IMG/VR virus record: IMGVR_UViG_3300025646_000012
Span: 1 to 64,000 of that record
DNA from: a virus
Reading direction: 5' to 3' (one strand)
Length of the DNA stretch: 64,000 nucleotides
Positions 14,921 through 25,600 of the stretch are shown here, one piece after another. The notes beneath the pieces were generated by a model. That model did not search any database. It saw only the letters and a program-made list of their open reading frames with translations, and was not told the origin of the DNA. Within the stretch, counting starts at the first letter, position 1. Every line of letters begins with the position of its first letter. Both the position numbers and the translations under genes were made by a program.

Positions 14921-16893
14921 CAACAATTAATGATGAATTACAGGAACGTATAGCCAGACTCGGCCCTATTATTATAGAGCAAGGTTTAGAGCAGGATTTG
15001 TCTGTAGATCCTACCGGTTTATTTCCACAAATTCAAACATGGTTTACGTCAAGTCTAAATAGACTTTCCTATGGTGCTGATGTTAGTACAATAAATCTTG
15101 GCGGAGGATTTAATCAAACTGATGTAGCATTAGGTACACCAGTAGCATCAATGCGTACACGTAATCGTGCAATTACAACTGGTTCAGGTCATAGTTTAGA
15201 GTTAGATGATACACCTGGTAATCAACGTATTATTTTTCGTCATAATACAGGTAATGGTATAGAAATTAAATCAGATGGTAGCATGATTATTTCTGCCGGG
15301 AAACAAATCATTTCAGTTACCGAAGACCAAAAAATTATTATTGAAGGTAATGCTACAATTATATATGGCGGTAATGTTGATATGCAAGTAGCAGGAGATT
15401 TTAATCTTTCAGTTGCTGGTGATTATAATTTATCTGTTGGTGAAAATAGAAATGAAAATGTAGAAGGAGCATATCGTTCTACAACTGAAGGTAATCAAGG
15501 TCATATTATTAAAGGTAGTTTATCAAATACTATCCTTAAAACTTCAACAAATACTATTCTTGGTGATAATAATACAATTACAAAAGGTAAAGCACGTTAT
15601 ACATCACAAGGTGATATGCAGATTGCTTCTGGTGCAACTACTAGACTATCCGCAAAAACAAATATGTTCCAAAGTGCTTCAAATATGAATATTGCGGCAT
15701 CTGATTTATCTGTATTTGGTGCAACAGGTACATTCGGTGGGGAAAATATAGTAATATATGGTAAAGGTGCTACATTTGGTGAAGGTGTAACGGCACCAAC
15801 ATTTCATGGTGATTTGGATGGTAATGCTGCAAATACATTTGCTCAATCATATGGTGAAGCAGCTACATCTGGGGGCGGATCAATTACAAATACTGCAACT
15901 CCAACCACATCACAACCAACATCCACTGTTCTGAGTAATTATTTAAATAATACACCATATGGAACAGTAACAGTAAGTGTTGATATTGGTGATCACTTCT
16001 TACGTGCGCTGAATCGTTCTGATGCAACTGGAGGTCTTTCCTCTAGAGATCTTACTACTTCAGAAATCCGTGCTCTACTAAGAACTGAAGGTGTTCGTAA
16101 TGATCCTAAATTTATTGGTAATGCAATTGCATCAGGTACACTTTCTCCATCTTATTCACAAATAAATCCACCAAATATTACCCGAATATCTGGTCGTGCT
16201 CCTGAACCTTATAGAGGTAATAATCCAGCCGGGCGTAGAGCCCCAGGTTCAGATACAAGATTCTTGGTACCTGATGATTTAACTGAAACAGGATTCTTAC
16301 CTTATATTCCAATTACATCTTCAACAATAATTACAAGAAAAACACCTATTGCTGAAGGTGTATATCTTTCTCGTTATCTTGGTGGTATAGGACAGCAAGG
16401 TAGATTATCACAAATACCTGTAACAAGACGTCAACAAATTGCCAGAAATTTACAACCAAATGCAGAAATATTTAGAAGAATTCTTTCAAATAAAGAATCA
16501 GATTTTAATAATCATAGATTAATAGTTGCGGAAGGATTATATCAACCAACTGATGCTGAACAAGCATTTTCAGGTTGGTCAACAAGTATTAATAAATTAC
16601 GTTCTGAAGGTAGAGCAGTTGTATATGAATTTCATAACTCAAACGGCTTAATTGATATTGCAAAGACATTTGATCTTGCTGTTTACTTAAAAACAGTAAC
16701 AGTATTTGAAAAATTAATTTTGGATTATGACACATATGCTATTGATGGGGCATTAAATACTCAGATTATTATTATTATGCCAGAACTCAGTTCCAATTAT
16801 GAGGTTTCCGATGGTGGGTTTATAAAAGATGTGGAAACACGTTATAATGGATCAATTATGTCAAGTACGGATCTTTTGGAAATTAACTTATAA
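14917..16893 (+). CDS. gp5 C-terminal beta-helix (spike) protein with an extra C-terminal domain
   Basis: SGH.LELDDTPG..RI...H..G...EI..DG followed by V.GD/GN beta-helix repeats. Confidence 0.8.
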   Translation: MTTINDELQERIARLGPIIIEQGLEQDLSVDPTGLFPQIQTWFTSSLNRLSYGADVSTINLGGGFNQTDVALGTPVASMRTRNRAITTGSGHSLELDDTPGNQRIIFRHNTGNGIEIKSDGSMIISAGKQIISVTEDQKIIIEGNATIIYGGNVDMQVAGDFNLSVAGDYNLSVGENRNENVEGAYRSTTEGNQGHIIKGSLSNTILKTSTNTILGDNNTITKGKARYTSQGDMQIASGATTRLSAKTNMFQSASNMNIAASDLSVFGATGTFGGENIVIYGKGATFGEGVTAPTFHGDLDGNAANTFAQSYGEAATSGGGSITNTATPTTSQPTSTVLSNYLNNTPYGTVTVSVDIGDHFLRALNRSDATGGLSSRDLTTSEIRALLRTEGVRNDPKFIGNAIASGTLSPSYSQINPPNITRISGRAPEPYRGNNPAGRRAPGSDTRFLVPDDLTETGFLPYIPITSSTIITRKTPIAEGVYLSRYLGGIGQQGRLSQIPVTRRQQIARNLQPNAEIFRRILSNKESDFNNHRLIVAEGLYQPTDAEQAFSGWSTSINKLRSEGRAVVYEFHNSNGLIDIAKTFDLAVYLKTVTVFEKLILDYDTYAIDGALNTQIIIIMPELSSNYEVSDGGFIKDVETRYNGSIMSSTDLLEINL

Positions 16894-16899
16894 AAGGTA

Positions 16900-16907
16900 T
16901 ATAAATA
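16900..16907 (+). promoter_or_regulatory. late promoter for gp25-gp6-gp7
   Basis: TATAAATA. Confidence 0.75.
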
Positions 16908-16944
16908 ATGTGGTATACTATAACCCCCATATAGGAACTATATT

Positions 16945-16973
16945 ATTATACCATGTTTTTTGAAAATGTAAAC
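16945..16973 (-). promoter_or_regulatory. orphan antisense early-type promoter
   Basis: GGGGGTTTAC-N17-TATAAT; no minus-strand ORF of 60 aa or more immediately downstream. Confidence 0.7.
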
Positions 16974-16995
16974 CCCCTTTTTAGAAAAAAGTAAG

Positions 16996-17439
16996 ATGGT
17001 AACAAGAGCTTTTGCAGTTGAAGATGGTAATTTAAATACGGCGTCATTGGTGACCAGCCGTAATAGATTATATAAAGATATTGATCTTACTTTTGCTAAA
17101 AAACCATCAGGTGAGATTTATAAGAAAACCGATGCAGCTGCCGTAAAACAAGCGGTAAAAAATTTATTATTAACAAATAAATTTGAAAAACCATTTCAGC
17201 CAGAATTCGGCGGCGATTTAAATAATTTACTTTTTGAATTGGTTGATAATGATACCGTATATGAAATTGATGGCGCAATTAGAGAAGCAATTAGAAAATA
17301 TGAACCAAGGGCAAGAGTTAGACAAGTTGCAACAAATCTACAGCCTGATGCAAATAGCATAAGTGTTACAGTAACATTTCAGATTATTAGTACAGAAGAA
17401 ATAGTAACGCTTGATACAACCATTACGAGGTTAAGATAA
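16996..17439 (+). CDS. gp25: baseplate wedge subunit
   Basis: YKDIDL.F, AVKQAVKNLLLT...EKPF.P.FG, YEPR. Confidence 0.93.
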   Translation: MVTRAFAVEDGNLNTASLVTSRNRLYKDIDLTFAKKPSGEIYKKTDAAAVKQAVKNLLLTNKFEKPFQPEFGGDLNNLLFELVDNDTVYEIDGAIREAIRKYEPRARVRQVATNLQPDANSISVTVTFQIISTEEIVTLDTTITRLR

Positions 17440-17440
17440 T

Positions 17441-19276
17441 ATGGCTACAAATATTCAGTCAACCCAGCTTGACTTTGCCACAATTAAGAATAGCTTAAAA
17501 ACTTATTTAGCTCAACAAACTGAGTTTACAGATTATAATTTTGAAGCCTCTGGTTTATCAAATATCTTAGATGTTCTTGCACATAATACACACTTTAATG
17601 GTTTAATTGCAAACTTTGCTTTAAATGAATCATTTCTTAATACCGCACAGTTAAGATCATCTGTTGTATCACACGCTGAATCACTTGGTTATAATCCAAG
17701 ATCAATTACATCCGCAATTGCTTATTTAAATATTTCCGTAAGAAATACGGATACTGGACGACCAACAACGGCAACACTTCCTAAGTATTCAATATTTACA
17801 GCTACAGTTGATGATGTAACATATTCTTTTTATACTCTTGAAGCATATACTGCAACTGATGATGGAACCGGAAATTATGTATTTTTAAATTCCAATGGTA
17901 CTACTGGTATACCAGTTGTTGAAGGTACATTAAGAACAAAGACATTTTATGTTGGTTCCACAACAGATAGATTAATTTATATTGTACCTGATACTACCAT
18001 TGATACCTCAACCGTCACAGTAAATGTATTTAATTCAGCAACATCATCAGATTTTCTTACATATACACCTTTATATGATGCAATAACTGTAAATACAGCT
18101 TCAACATTATATCAATTAAGAGAAGCACCGAATGGTTATTATGAATTAATTTTCAGTGATGGTATTACAACAGGTAGAGCTCCTGTTGCCGGCAATAAAA
18201 TTGTTCTTACATATCTCTCATCAAATGGAGCAGTTGCAAATACTGCATCAGGCTTTGTTGCATCAAATCAAATTGATATTGGTGGTACAAATTATAGTTT
18301 AATTGTAACAACATCATCTGCAGCATCTGGAGCCAGTGCCAAAGAATCAATTGAATCAATTCGTCAAAATGCTCCAATTTCATTTGCTGCACAGCAAAGA
18401 CTTGTGACCGCGGATGATTATAAAGCTTTAATTCTTACTAAATATCCAGTAGTATCAGATTGTATTGCATGGGGGGGAGAAGATAATTTACCTGAACCAG
18501 AATATGGAAAAGTATTTGTAAGTTTAAAATTTCCTGATAATTATTCCGAAGCAGCAAAGACTACAATTAAAAATAGTATTCAATCAAACTTGATTACACC
18601 ACTCTCAATTATGACAATTAATACTGAATTTGTTGATCCTACTACAACATTTCTTGAGTGTTCAACTTTCTTTAGATTTAACCCGAACAGAACTAATGTA
18701 ACATTAAAAACTACCGAGAATAGTGTTTCAAATCTTATTACAAATTATTTTACAACTAATCTAAATGTATTTGGTGAACCATTTAGAAGATCAAATTTAT
18801 TAACACAAATTGATAATTTAAGTGATGCCATTTTAAATTCAAGAATGGATGTAAATATTCAACAAAGATTTACTCCGGTTCTAGGTACATCAAATTCATA
18901 TACTCTATCATTTCCTGTTGCTCTTGCAGCACCAGATGATGTTAATTATATCATTACATCAAATCAATTTACATTGAATAATAAAATTTGCATTATTAGA
19001 AATAAACTTGGGACAAATACTCTTCAAGTTGTGGATACAGATAATAATGTCCAAGTTAGTAGTATAGGTTCTTATAATCAAAATAATGGCGTTGTAACAA
19101 TTACTGGATTTGCACCAATAAGTATATCTGGTGGATTAAATTATATTAGAATTACTGCAACTCCAGCTAATCAAAGTACAATTATTCCTCTTAGAAATTA
19201 TGTCCTAAATATTGATACAACCAGATCATTTGCATCAGGTATAGTTGATTACGGTAAGACACAAGTAGCTCTTTAA
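17441..19276 (+). CDS. gp6: baseplate wedge subunit
   Basis: LDF..IK..LK.YL, F.DYNFE.SGL, NESFL..AQLRSSVVS.A..LGY.P, ESIESIR.NAP, Q.R.VT..DY. Confidence 0.95.
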   Translation: MATNIQSTQLDFATIKNSLKTYLAQQTEFTDYNFEASGLSNILDVLAHNTHFNGLIANFALNESFLNTAQLRSSVVSHAESLGYNPRSITSAIAYLNISVRNTDTGRPTTATLPKYSIFTATVDDVTYSFYTLEAYTATDDGTGNYVFLNSNGTTGIPVVEGTLRTKTFYVGSTTDRLIYIVPDTTIDTSTVTVNVFNSATSSDFLTYTPLYDAITVNTASTLYQLREAPNGYYELIFSDGITTGRAPVAGNKIVLTYLSSNGAVANTASGFVASNQIDIGGTNYSLIVTTSSAASGASAKESIESIRQNAPISFAAQQRLVTADDYKALILTKYPVVSDCIAWGGEDNLPEPEYGKVFVSLKFPDNYSEAAKTTIKNSIQSNLITPLSIMTINTEFVDPTTTFLECSTFFRFNPNRTNVTLKTTENSVSNLITNYFTTNLNVFGEPFRRSNLLTQIDNLSDAILNSRMDVNIQQRFTPVLGTSNSYTLSFPVALAAPDDVNYIITSNQFTLNNKICIIRNKLGTNTLQVVDTDNNVQVSSIGSYNQNNGVVTITGFAPISISGGLNYIRITATPANQSTIIPLRNYVLNIDTTRSFASGIVDYGKTQVAL

Positions 19277-20244
19277 TGGTACAACAAACTTTATTAGATT
19301 TTAATAGAAGAGATTTAAATCTTACCGAAAGTAAGATAAAAGAAGTATTACCTTCTTACTATCTTTCAGAATATCCAGATCTTGTAAAATTTCTTGAATA
19401 TTATTATGATTGGTTGGATTCTGATGCTACTTATGGTTTTGATAATAAAATACAAAATCTTTATAAATTAAGAGATTTAAGATCAACTGAATTATCTTTT
19501 CTAAATCAAATATTTTATGAAATAGGTCAGGGATTAGTTTCTGCTGATTATTTTGTTGATCCACAATTGGTTTCAGGTTTACTTGCAAACTTTTATAGAA
19601 TTAAAGGTTCTCTATATTCTGCCGAAGGTTTCTTTAGAGCATTTTATGGTGTTCAACCTGATATCATATATCCAAAAAATAGTTTGTTTATTGTCGGTCA
19701 ATCCCAGATAGGACCTGAATCATTAAAAATTATTCAAAATGGAGCTTTATATCAGGTATTGTCTGTATTAGTTAGATCAGGTATACCTATTTCCAATTGG
19801 AGAGATATCTATAAAGCCTTTGTACACCCGGCTGGATTTTATTTAGGCGGTGAGGTTGTTATTGAATCGATAGGTAATCTAAATCTAGGATTAATGCCTG
19901 ATATTTTTGCTGATAGTAATGCAGGACTATTCGGAATTGAAGAAACATCATTTATAACACCAATTTCAGTTTCTTCTATCACACTTATTGTACCAGATGA
20001 GGGTGATGCTGATTCAGCTGCTGAACGTCTTGTTACAACAACAATACGTGATTATCAAACTATTACCGTTGAACAACTTATTAATTCTTATAATGATATT
20101 CAAGAACTTCTTGATGCAAACTCACCAACGTTTGATGATGATAGTTCACTTGGTAATAAAGCAATTAAATTCTCTAGCGGTCTTGAAACTATGGATCAAG
20201 ATGCATTTGCTGGTCTATATGGTACCGATAGTACTGGATTCTAA
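19276..20244 (+). CDS. gp7: baseplate wedge initiator (gp7-like)
   Basis: FLEYYY.W, FYR.KGS..S...FFR, YQ..S, HPAG. Confidence 0.75.
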   Translation: MVQQTLLDFNRRDLNLTESKIKEVLPSYYLSEYPDLVKFLEYYYDWLDSDATYGFDNKIQNLYKLRDLRSTELSFLNQIFYEIGQGLVSADYFVDPQLVSGLLANFYRIKGSLYSAEGFFRAFYGVQPDIIYPKNSLFIVGQSQIGPESLKIIQNGALYQVLSVLVRSGIPISNWRDIYKAFVHPAGFYLGGEVVIESIGNLNLGLMPDIFADSNAGLFGIEETSFITPISVSSITLIVPDEGDADSAAERLVTTTIRDYQTITVEQLINSYNDIQELLDANSPTFDDDSSLGNKAIKFSSGLETMDQDAFAGLYGTDSTGF

Positions 20245-20253
20245 TAGAAACTA

Positions 20254-20261
20254 TATAAATA
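20254..20261 (+). promoter_or_regulatory. late promoter
   Basis: TATAAATA. Confidence 0.75.
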
Positions 20262-20294
20262 ATATTAATCTAATTCGTTAAAGGGCTTTATTAA

Positions 20295-21284
20295 ATGACT
20301 AGGCAAAATATCGGCATAGGTACTTCAGCTAATGACGGTACTGGAGATACACTCCGCATTGCCGGTGAAAAAATTAATGACAATTTTATTGAGTTATATC
20401 AAAAACTTGGTGGTGATAGTGATGCATTATCAACAGGTATTACATTTACTGATGAGGCAATTGTCTTTGAAGGTTCCTCTACTGATGATTATGAAACATT
20501 TCTATCAGCAATAAACCCTACTGCTGATAGAGATATCTATTTGCCTAATGCTAGCGGAACGATTTTACTTGATTCTGCATCTCAAACACTTACAAATAAA
20601 ACTTTAACATCACCAGTTTTAACAACACCACAAATTAATGATACATCTGCTGATCATCAATATATTGTAGCTGTAAGTGAATTAACTGCAGATAGAACCA
20701 TTACTTTTCCTTTACTTGCAGGTAATGATACATTTGTATTTGCAGATCATATTCAGACACTTACAAATAAAACACTGACATCACCTATTCTCAATACAGC
20801 AAGAATAGGAACATCAATTAATGATACAAATGGTGCTGAATTAATTAAAGTTACAGCTACTGCTTCTGCCGTAAATGAAATTACTCTTGCCAATGCTGCA
20901 ACTGGTAATAAACCAACAATTACAGCTTCAGGTAACGATACTAATATTACCGTTCAAATTAACGGTAAAGGTACTGGTTCTGTAGAGATAAATAAATTTG
21001 CAATTACTTCTTCTACAATTACAGTAGATGGTGCTGCATCAACTAGTGCAGGTTATATTATCTGTAATAAAGGGACTGCTCTTGCGGTTTCTCTTGCTGA
21101 TGGTACTGTTGTTGGAGAAACTAAAATTTTTACAAATAAAGGTGTCGGCACTGCAACAATTACACCATCTAATTTTGCCTCTGGAACAAGTTTTGCAATT
21201 GCACAAAATGAAGGTGCTCAAGTTATTTGGGATGGGACAAATTGGTTCTTAATTGGTAACCAAAGCGTTACAACCATAGCATAA
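20295..21284 (+). CDS. baseplate / tail-fibre connector (gp9/gp10-like N-terminus)
   Basis: RQNIGIG..ANDGTGD.LR..G.KIN.NF.ELY; QTLTNKTLTSP repeats. Confidence 0.75.
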   Translation: MTRQNIGIGTSANDGTGDTLRIAGEKINDNFIELYQKLGGDSDALSTGITFTDEAIVFEGSSTDDYETFLSAINPTADRDIYLPNASGTILLDSASQTLTNKTLTSPVLTTPQINDTSADHQYIVAVSELTADRTITFPLLAGNDTFVFADHIQTLTNKTLTSPILNTARIGTSINDTNGAELIKVTATASAVNEITLANAATGNKPTITASGNDTNITVQINGKGTGSVEINKFAITSSTITVDGAASTSAGYIICNKGTALAVSLADGTVVGETKIFTNKGVGTATITPSNFASGTSFAIAQNEGAQVIWDGTNWFLIGNQSVTTIA

Positions 21285-21304
21285 TACTATAACAGGAAAA
21301 ACAA

Positions 21305-22657
21305 ATGACAGGTATTATTACTGACAGTCTTAAAAGGGTTCTCCTTGATAATTTAATCACGGAAGTAGCTACTGCTGGAGCTTCTTATTATATCGGTATT
21401 GGTAATTCACAAGACTGGGATAGTTCTGATACTGCGCCTACGCCAACTAACACCCTAAGAGAAGAACGTAATTTAAGACTTAGATTACAATCAATTAAAT
21501 CTGCGGAAGATGTATCTTATGTTGTACCAAGAAATAACTGGACAGCAGGTACAATTTATTCAGGTTGGGATGATAATGCTTCCAGCCATCCAACCACACC
21601 TTATTTTGTTATAACTGATGATAACTCTGTTTATATGTGTCTTAAACAAGGTAGAGATAATACTGGTGCTGCAATTGCATCAACTGTAAAACCAACTGGA
21701 GCATCTATATCATCATTTCTTACAGCTGATGGTTATATGTGGAAGTTTCTATACACTCTTACAGCTGGTGATGCAAATAAATATTTAACTGCAAATTATA
21801 TGCCTGTAAAATTTATAACATCAACCGATAGTTCCTCTCCTGCTGCTGATATTGAACAAAAAGGAATTCAGGATGCTGCAATTCCAGGTCAAATAGGCTC
21901 AGTTCGTATTATTAATGGCGGTTCTGGATATGTATCAGCACCAACGGTAACCATAATTGGAGATGGTGATAGTGCTCAAGCAACTGCAATTATTTCTGGT
22001 GGATCAGTTGTAAATATTTCATTGGATTCAAATGGTAGTGGAACAATACTTCATGGATCTGGATATACAAGTGCAACTGTTTTATTTAGTACCGGTACTG
22101 CAACAGCAAGAGTAGTTCTACCTCCTGTAGGTGGTTTTGGTGCTAATCCAATTAATGATCTACGTGCAAAAGCTGTTATGTTTAATACCAAACCATCAGG
22201 TGCTGAAAATGATACTTTTATTACAGATAATGATTTCAGACAAATAGCTTTAATAAAAAATCCAAAAGTACCTGTTACTGATTCGGATTTTACACAATCG
22301 TCTGGCTTTGCGGCAAAAGCATTAAAATTTGTAACTCCAGTTGCTACAGCATTTACCGCTGATAATACCATTGAAGGTGCATCATCTGGAGCTAAAGCAT
22401 ACGTTGATACATATAATGTATCAACTGGGATTCTTCGTTATCATCAAACAGAGGCTACTGGATTTACTAATTTCTCAGGTGGTGAAGCTGTAAGTGAAAC
22501 CGATGGCGCTGGATCTGGTACTCTAGATAGTAGTGGTACTTTTGATCCGGGTGCAATTGATTTTAGATCTGGCGAAATTCTTTATATTGAAAACCGTGCA
22601 GCTATTTCAAGAGCAGTAGATCAAACTGAAGATATTAAAATTGTAATTCAACTATAA
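21305..22657 (+). CDS. gp8: baseplate wedge subunit
   Basis: VVPR.NW..G..Y, VYMCL, DGY.WKFLY, NDFRQI.LIKNP, SGEILYIENR..I.R...Q.EDIK. Confidence 0.9.
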   Translation: MTGIITDSLKRVLLDNLITEVATAGASYYIGIGNSQDWDSSDTAPTPTNTLREERNLRLRLQSIKSAEDVSYVVPRNNWTAGTIYSGWDDNASSHPTTPYFVITDDNSVYMCLKQGRDNTGAAIASTVKPTGASISSFLTADGYMWKFLYTLTAGDANKYLTANYMPVKFITSTDSSSPAADIEQKGIQDAAIPGQIGSVRIINGGSGYVSAPTVTIIGDGDSAQATAIISGGSVVNISLDSNGSGTILHGSGYTSATVLFSTGTATARVVLPPVGGFGANPINDLRAKAVMFNTKPSGAENDTFITDNDFRQIALIKNPKVPVTDSDFTQSSGFAAKALKFVTPVATAFTADNTIEGASSGAKAYVDTYNVSTGILRYHQTEATGFTNFSGGEAVSETDGAGSGTLDSSGTFDPGAIDFRSGEILYIENRAAISRAVDQTEDIKIVIQL

Positions 22658-22671
22658 GATATGGAATAAAA

Positions 22672-25600
22672 ATGGTAAGTAACGTTACAAGCACCACATT
22701 CAGCCAAACTTATAGAGATGATTTTGCTGATAGTGATAACTACTATAGAATCTTATTCAGAGGTGGTAGAGCTCTTCAAGCAAGAGAACTAACCCAATTA
22801 CAAACAATCATCCAAAGAGAAGCAGAAGCACACGCAAGATTTGTATTTAAAGAAGGTGCTGCGGTTCACTCAGGTGGTGTTCAAGTTAATACAAGATTTG
22901 AATTTGCTAAATTAAATACTGGTACTTATACATTACCTACAAATTTTTCAACACTTATTGGTGAAACTTTTACAGGTTTAACTTCAACAATTAAAGTTAG
23001 AATTGTAGATATTGTTGAAGCTGAAGGTTCAGATCCTGCTACAATTTATATTGAATATGTAAATAATAATTCAATTTCTGGTACCACTAGTCCTGTTCGT
23101 CTTACTCCCGGTGAGATTATTAATGGTGATGTGAGCGGTACAAATCTTCAAATTCAAACTACTAATACCACAGCTAATCCAGCGGTTGGTCGTGGTACTA
23201 GACTTTCTGTAAAAGAAGCAGTATATTTTGTAAACGGTCATTTTGTATTTACTGCTTCTCAGGATATTCTTGTTTCAAAATATACTAGCACACCAACAGA
23301 AAAAGTTGGATTTACTGTAACAGAACAAATTGTTACAGCACTTGATGATACAGCTCTTTATGATAATTCAAATGACACTCCTAATCTAACTGCTCCTGGT
23401 GCTGATCGTTATAAGATTTTCTTAACTCTTGCTCTTGAAACAAATGTTGATTCAGATACTACATTTATTCCTGCCTTCGATATTGTTGATGGTAATTTAG
23501 CTGCAGCTAAAATGCCCGGCGATGAAAGTCTAAGTATCATCCGTGATATTATGGCAAAAAGAACATTTGAAGAATCAGGTAATTATACTGTTAAACCGTT
23601 TATTATGAAAACTCTGGATAATGATTCAGATAATACCAAACTTGATATTAATATTGCACCTGGTATTGCATATGTTCAAGGTTATAGATACGAAACATTC
23701 TCACCAATACGTATTCCAATTGCAAAACCAAGAACTACTGTTACAATTAATAACGACGTAATTGCCGCCGAATATGGTAACTATGTTCTTGCAAGTAACT
23801 TTCTGGGCATGCCAGCTATTGACACATTTGCTACGGTTAATTTAAGATCTGCGGTAACACATGGTGGTTCAACAATCGGTTCTGCTAGAATCAGAGCAGT
23901 TGAAAAGTTCGGATCAACTTATAGAATATATCTTTTTGATGTATCAATGAATGCCGGCCAACAATTTAGTTCCGTAAGAAGTATTGGCACAAGTACTGCA
24001 CAATATTCGGATTTAATACTTGAGAATGGTGTTGCAGTTATTAAAGATACTGCAAATAACAATCTTCTTTTTGACTTATCCAAAACTAGACCTTCAGCCC
24101 TATCTGATATTTCTCTCACAACTCAGAGAAAACTTACAGGCACAACTACAGGTTCTGGTACAATTCAATTTAATCTATCCGCCCCTGGCGAAACATTTGC
24201 CAATTCATCAAATTGGTTATTAACTGTTGATAGCTCTGGTGCAGAACAAACAATTAATATTACCGCAGGTGGTAATGGAAATGCATCTGTAACTCTTGGT
24301 ACTCTACCCACTAGTTCTGCGGTCTCATTGGCGGCTTACATTAATAAGGGTTCCGCAACGGTTAAGACCAAGACCCTAACTAATAGAACGGCTACTATCG
24401 CACCAGAAGGTGATAATAGTGTACAATTGGAAAGAGCAGATATCTATAGAATCAACGAGATTCGTGATGGGTCTGCTTCAGGTAATATAATTACAAATTA
24501 CTATATTCTTGACAATGGTCAAAGAGATAATTTCTATGCTGAAGGCGTATTGTATCTAAGAAGCGGATATAGTGCTCCTGCTGGTAACGTATATGTAGAT
24601 TTTGACTTCTTTGATCACGGTGCTTCAGGCGATTTCTTTGCGGTTAACTCTTACACCGGACAAGTTAATTATGAAGATATTCCTGCTCACAGACAAAGAA
24701 ATGGTGAAATTGTCCAGCTAAGAAATGCAGTAGACTTTAGATCCAGAAAAGCGAATACCGCTGGTGATTTTACCAGTACTGGTGCTGTTCGTATGGAAAT
24801 CCCTGCAAATACAGATTTAATCACAGCTGATGTATCTTATTATCTAGGCCAAGCATATAGAATTGTAATTGATCAAAGTGGTTCATTCCAGGCAATTGCT
24901 GGAGAAAGATCTTTATATCCCATATATCCATCAACTCCAGAAAATTCAATGGAGCTTTATAGATTACTAGTTAATCCATATACACTTGATGATAGTGATG
25001 TGTCTCTGACTTATGTTGATAATAGACGATATACAATGAGAGACATTGCAGATCTTGAAACTCGTATGGATAAAATTGAGGAAATTACTACTCTTAATCT
25101 ATTAGAACTTGAAACAGCAACTCTTGAAGTTCTTGATTCAAATGGTAATAATCGTCTAAAAATTGGTTTAACAGCTGATAACTTTACCGATCACTTCCAA
25201 AGTGCTAGAAATAGCATTGAATATAAAGCATCAACCGATGCATTTAACAGAGAATTAAGACCTTCATTTGTAACTAGATCTTCGGAACTTGTTTATGATT
25301 CAGATAATTCACAATTTGTGTCATTAATTGGTGATACCGTATATCCTTTATATGAAGAAGTTCTTTATACTGTAAATGATAAAGCTTCAGATGCAATTCC
25401 TGTAAACCAATTTAATCTTGGTGTTACTGTAGGCCATATTAAATTATCACCATCAACTGATACTTGGTTTGATACAGAAAGAGTTCCTGCAAAAATTATT
25501 GATGGTGGAACCAAAATTGATCCTAAAAATAATTCTCTTTGGAATGATTGGGGCTTTAACTGGTCTGGTGTTTCGGAAAGTAAATTAAAAGAAAATTATT

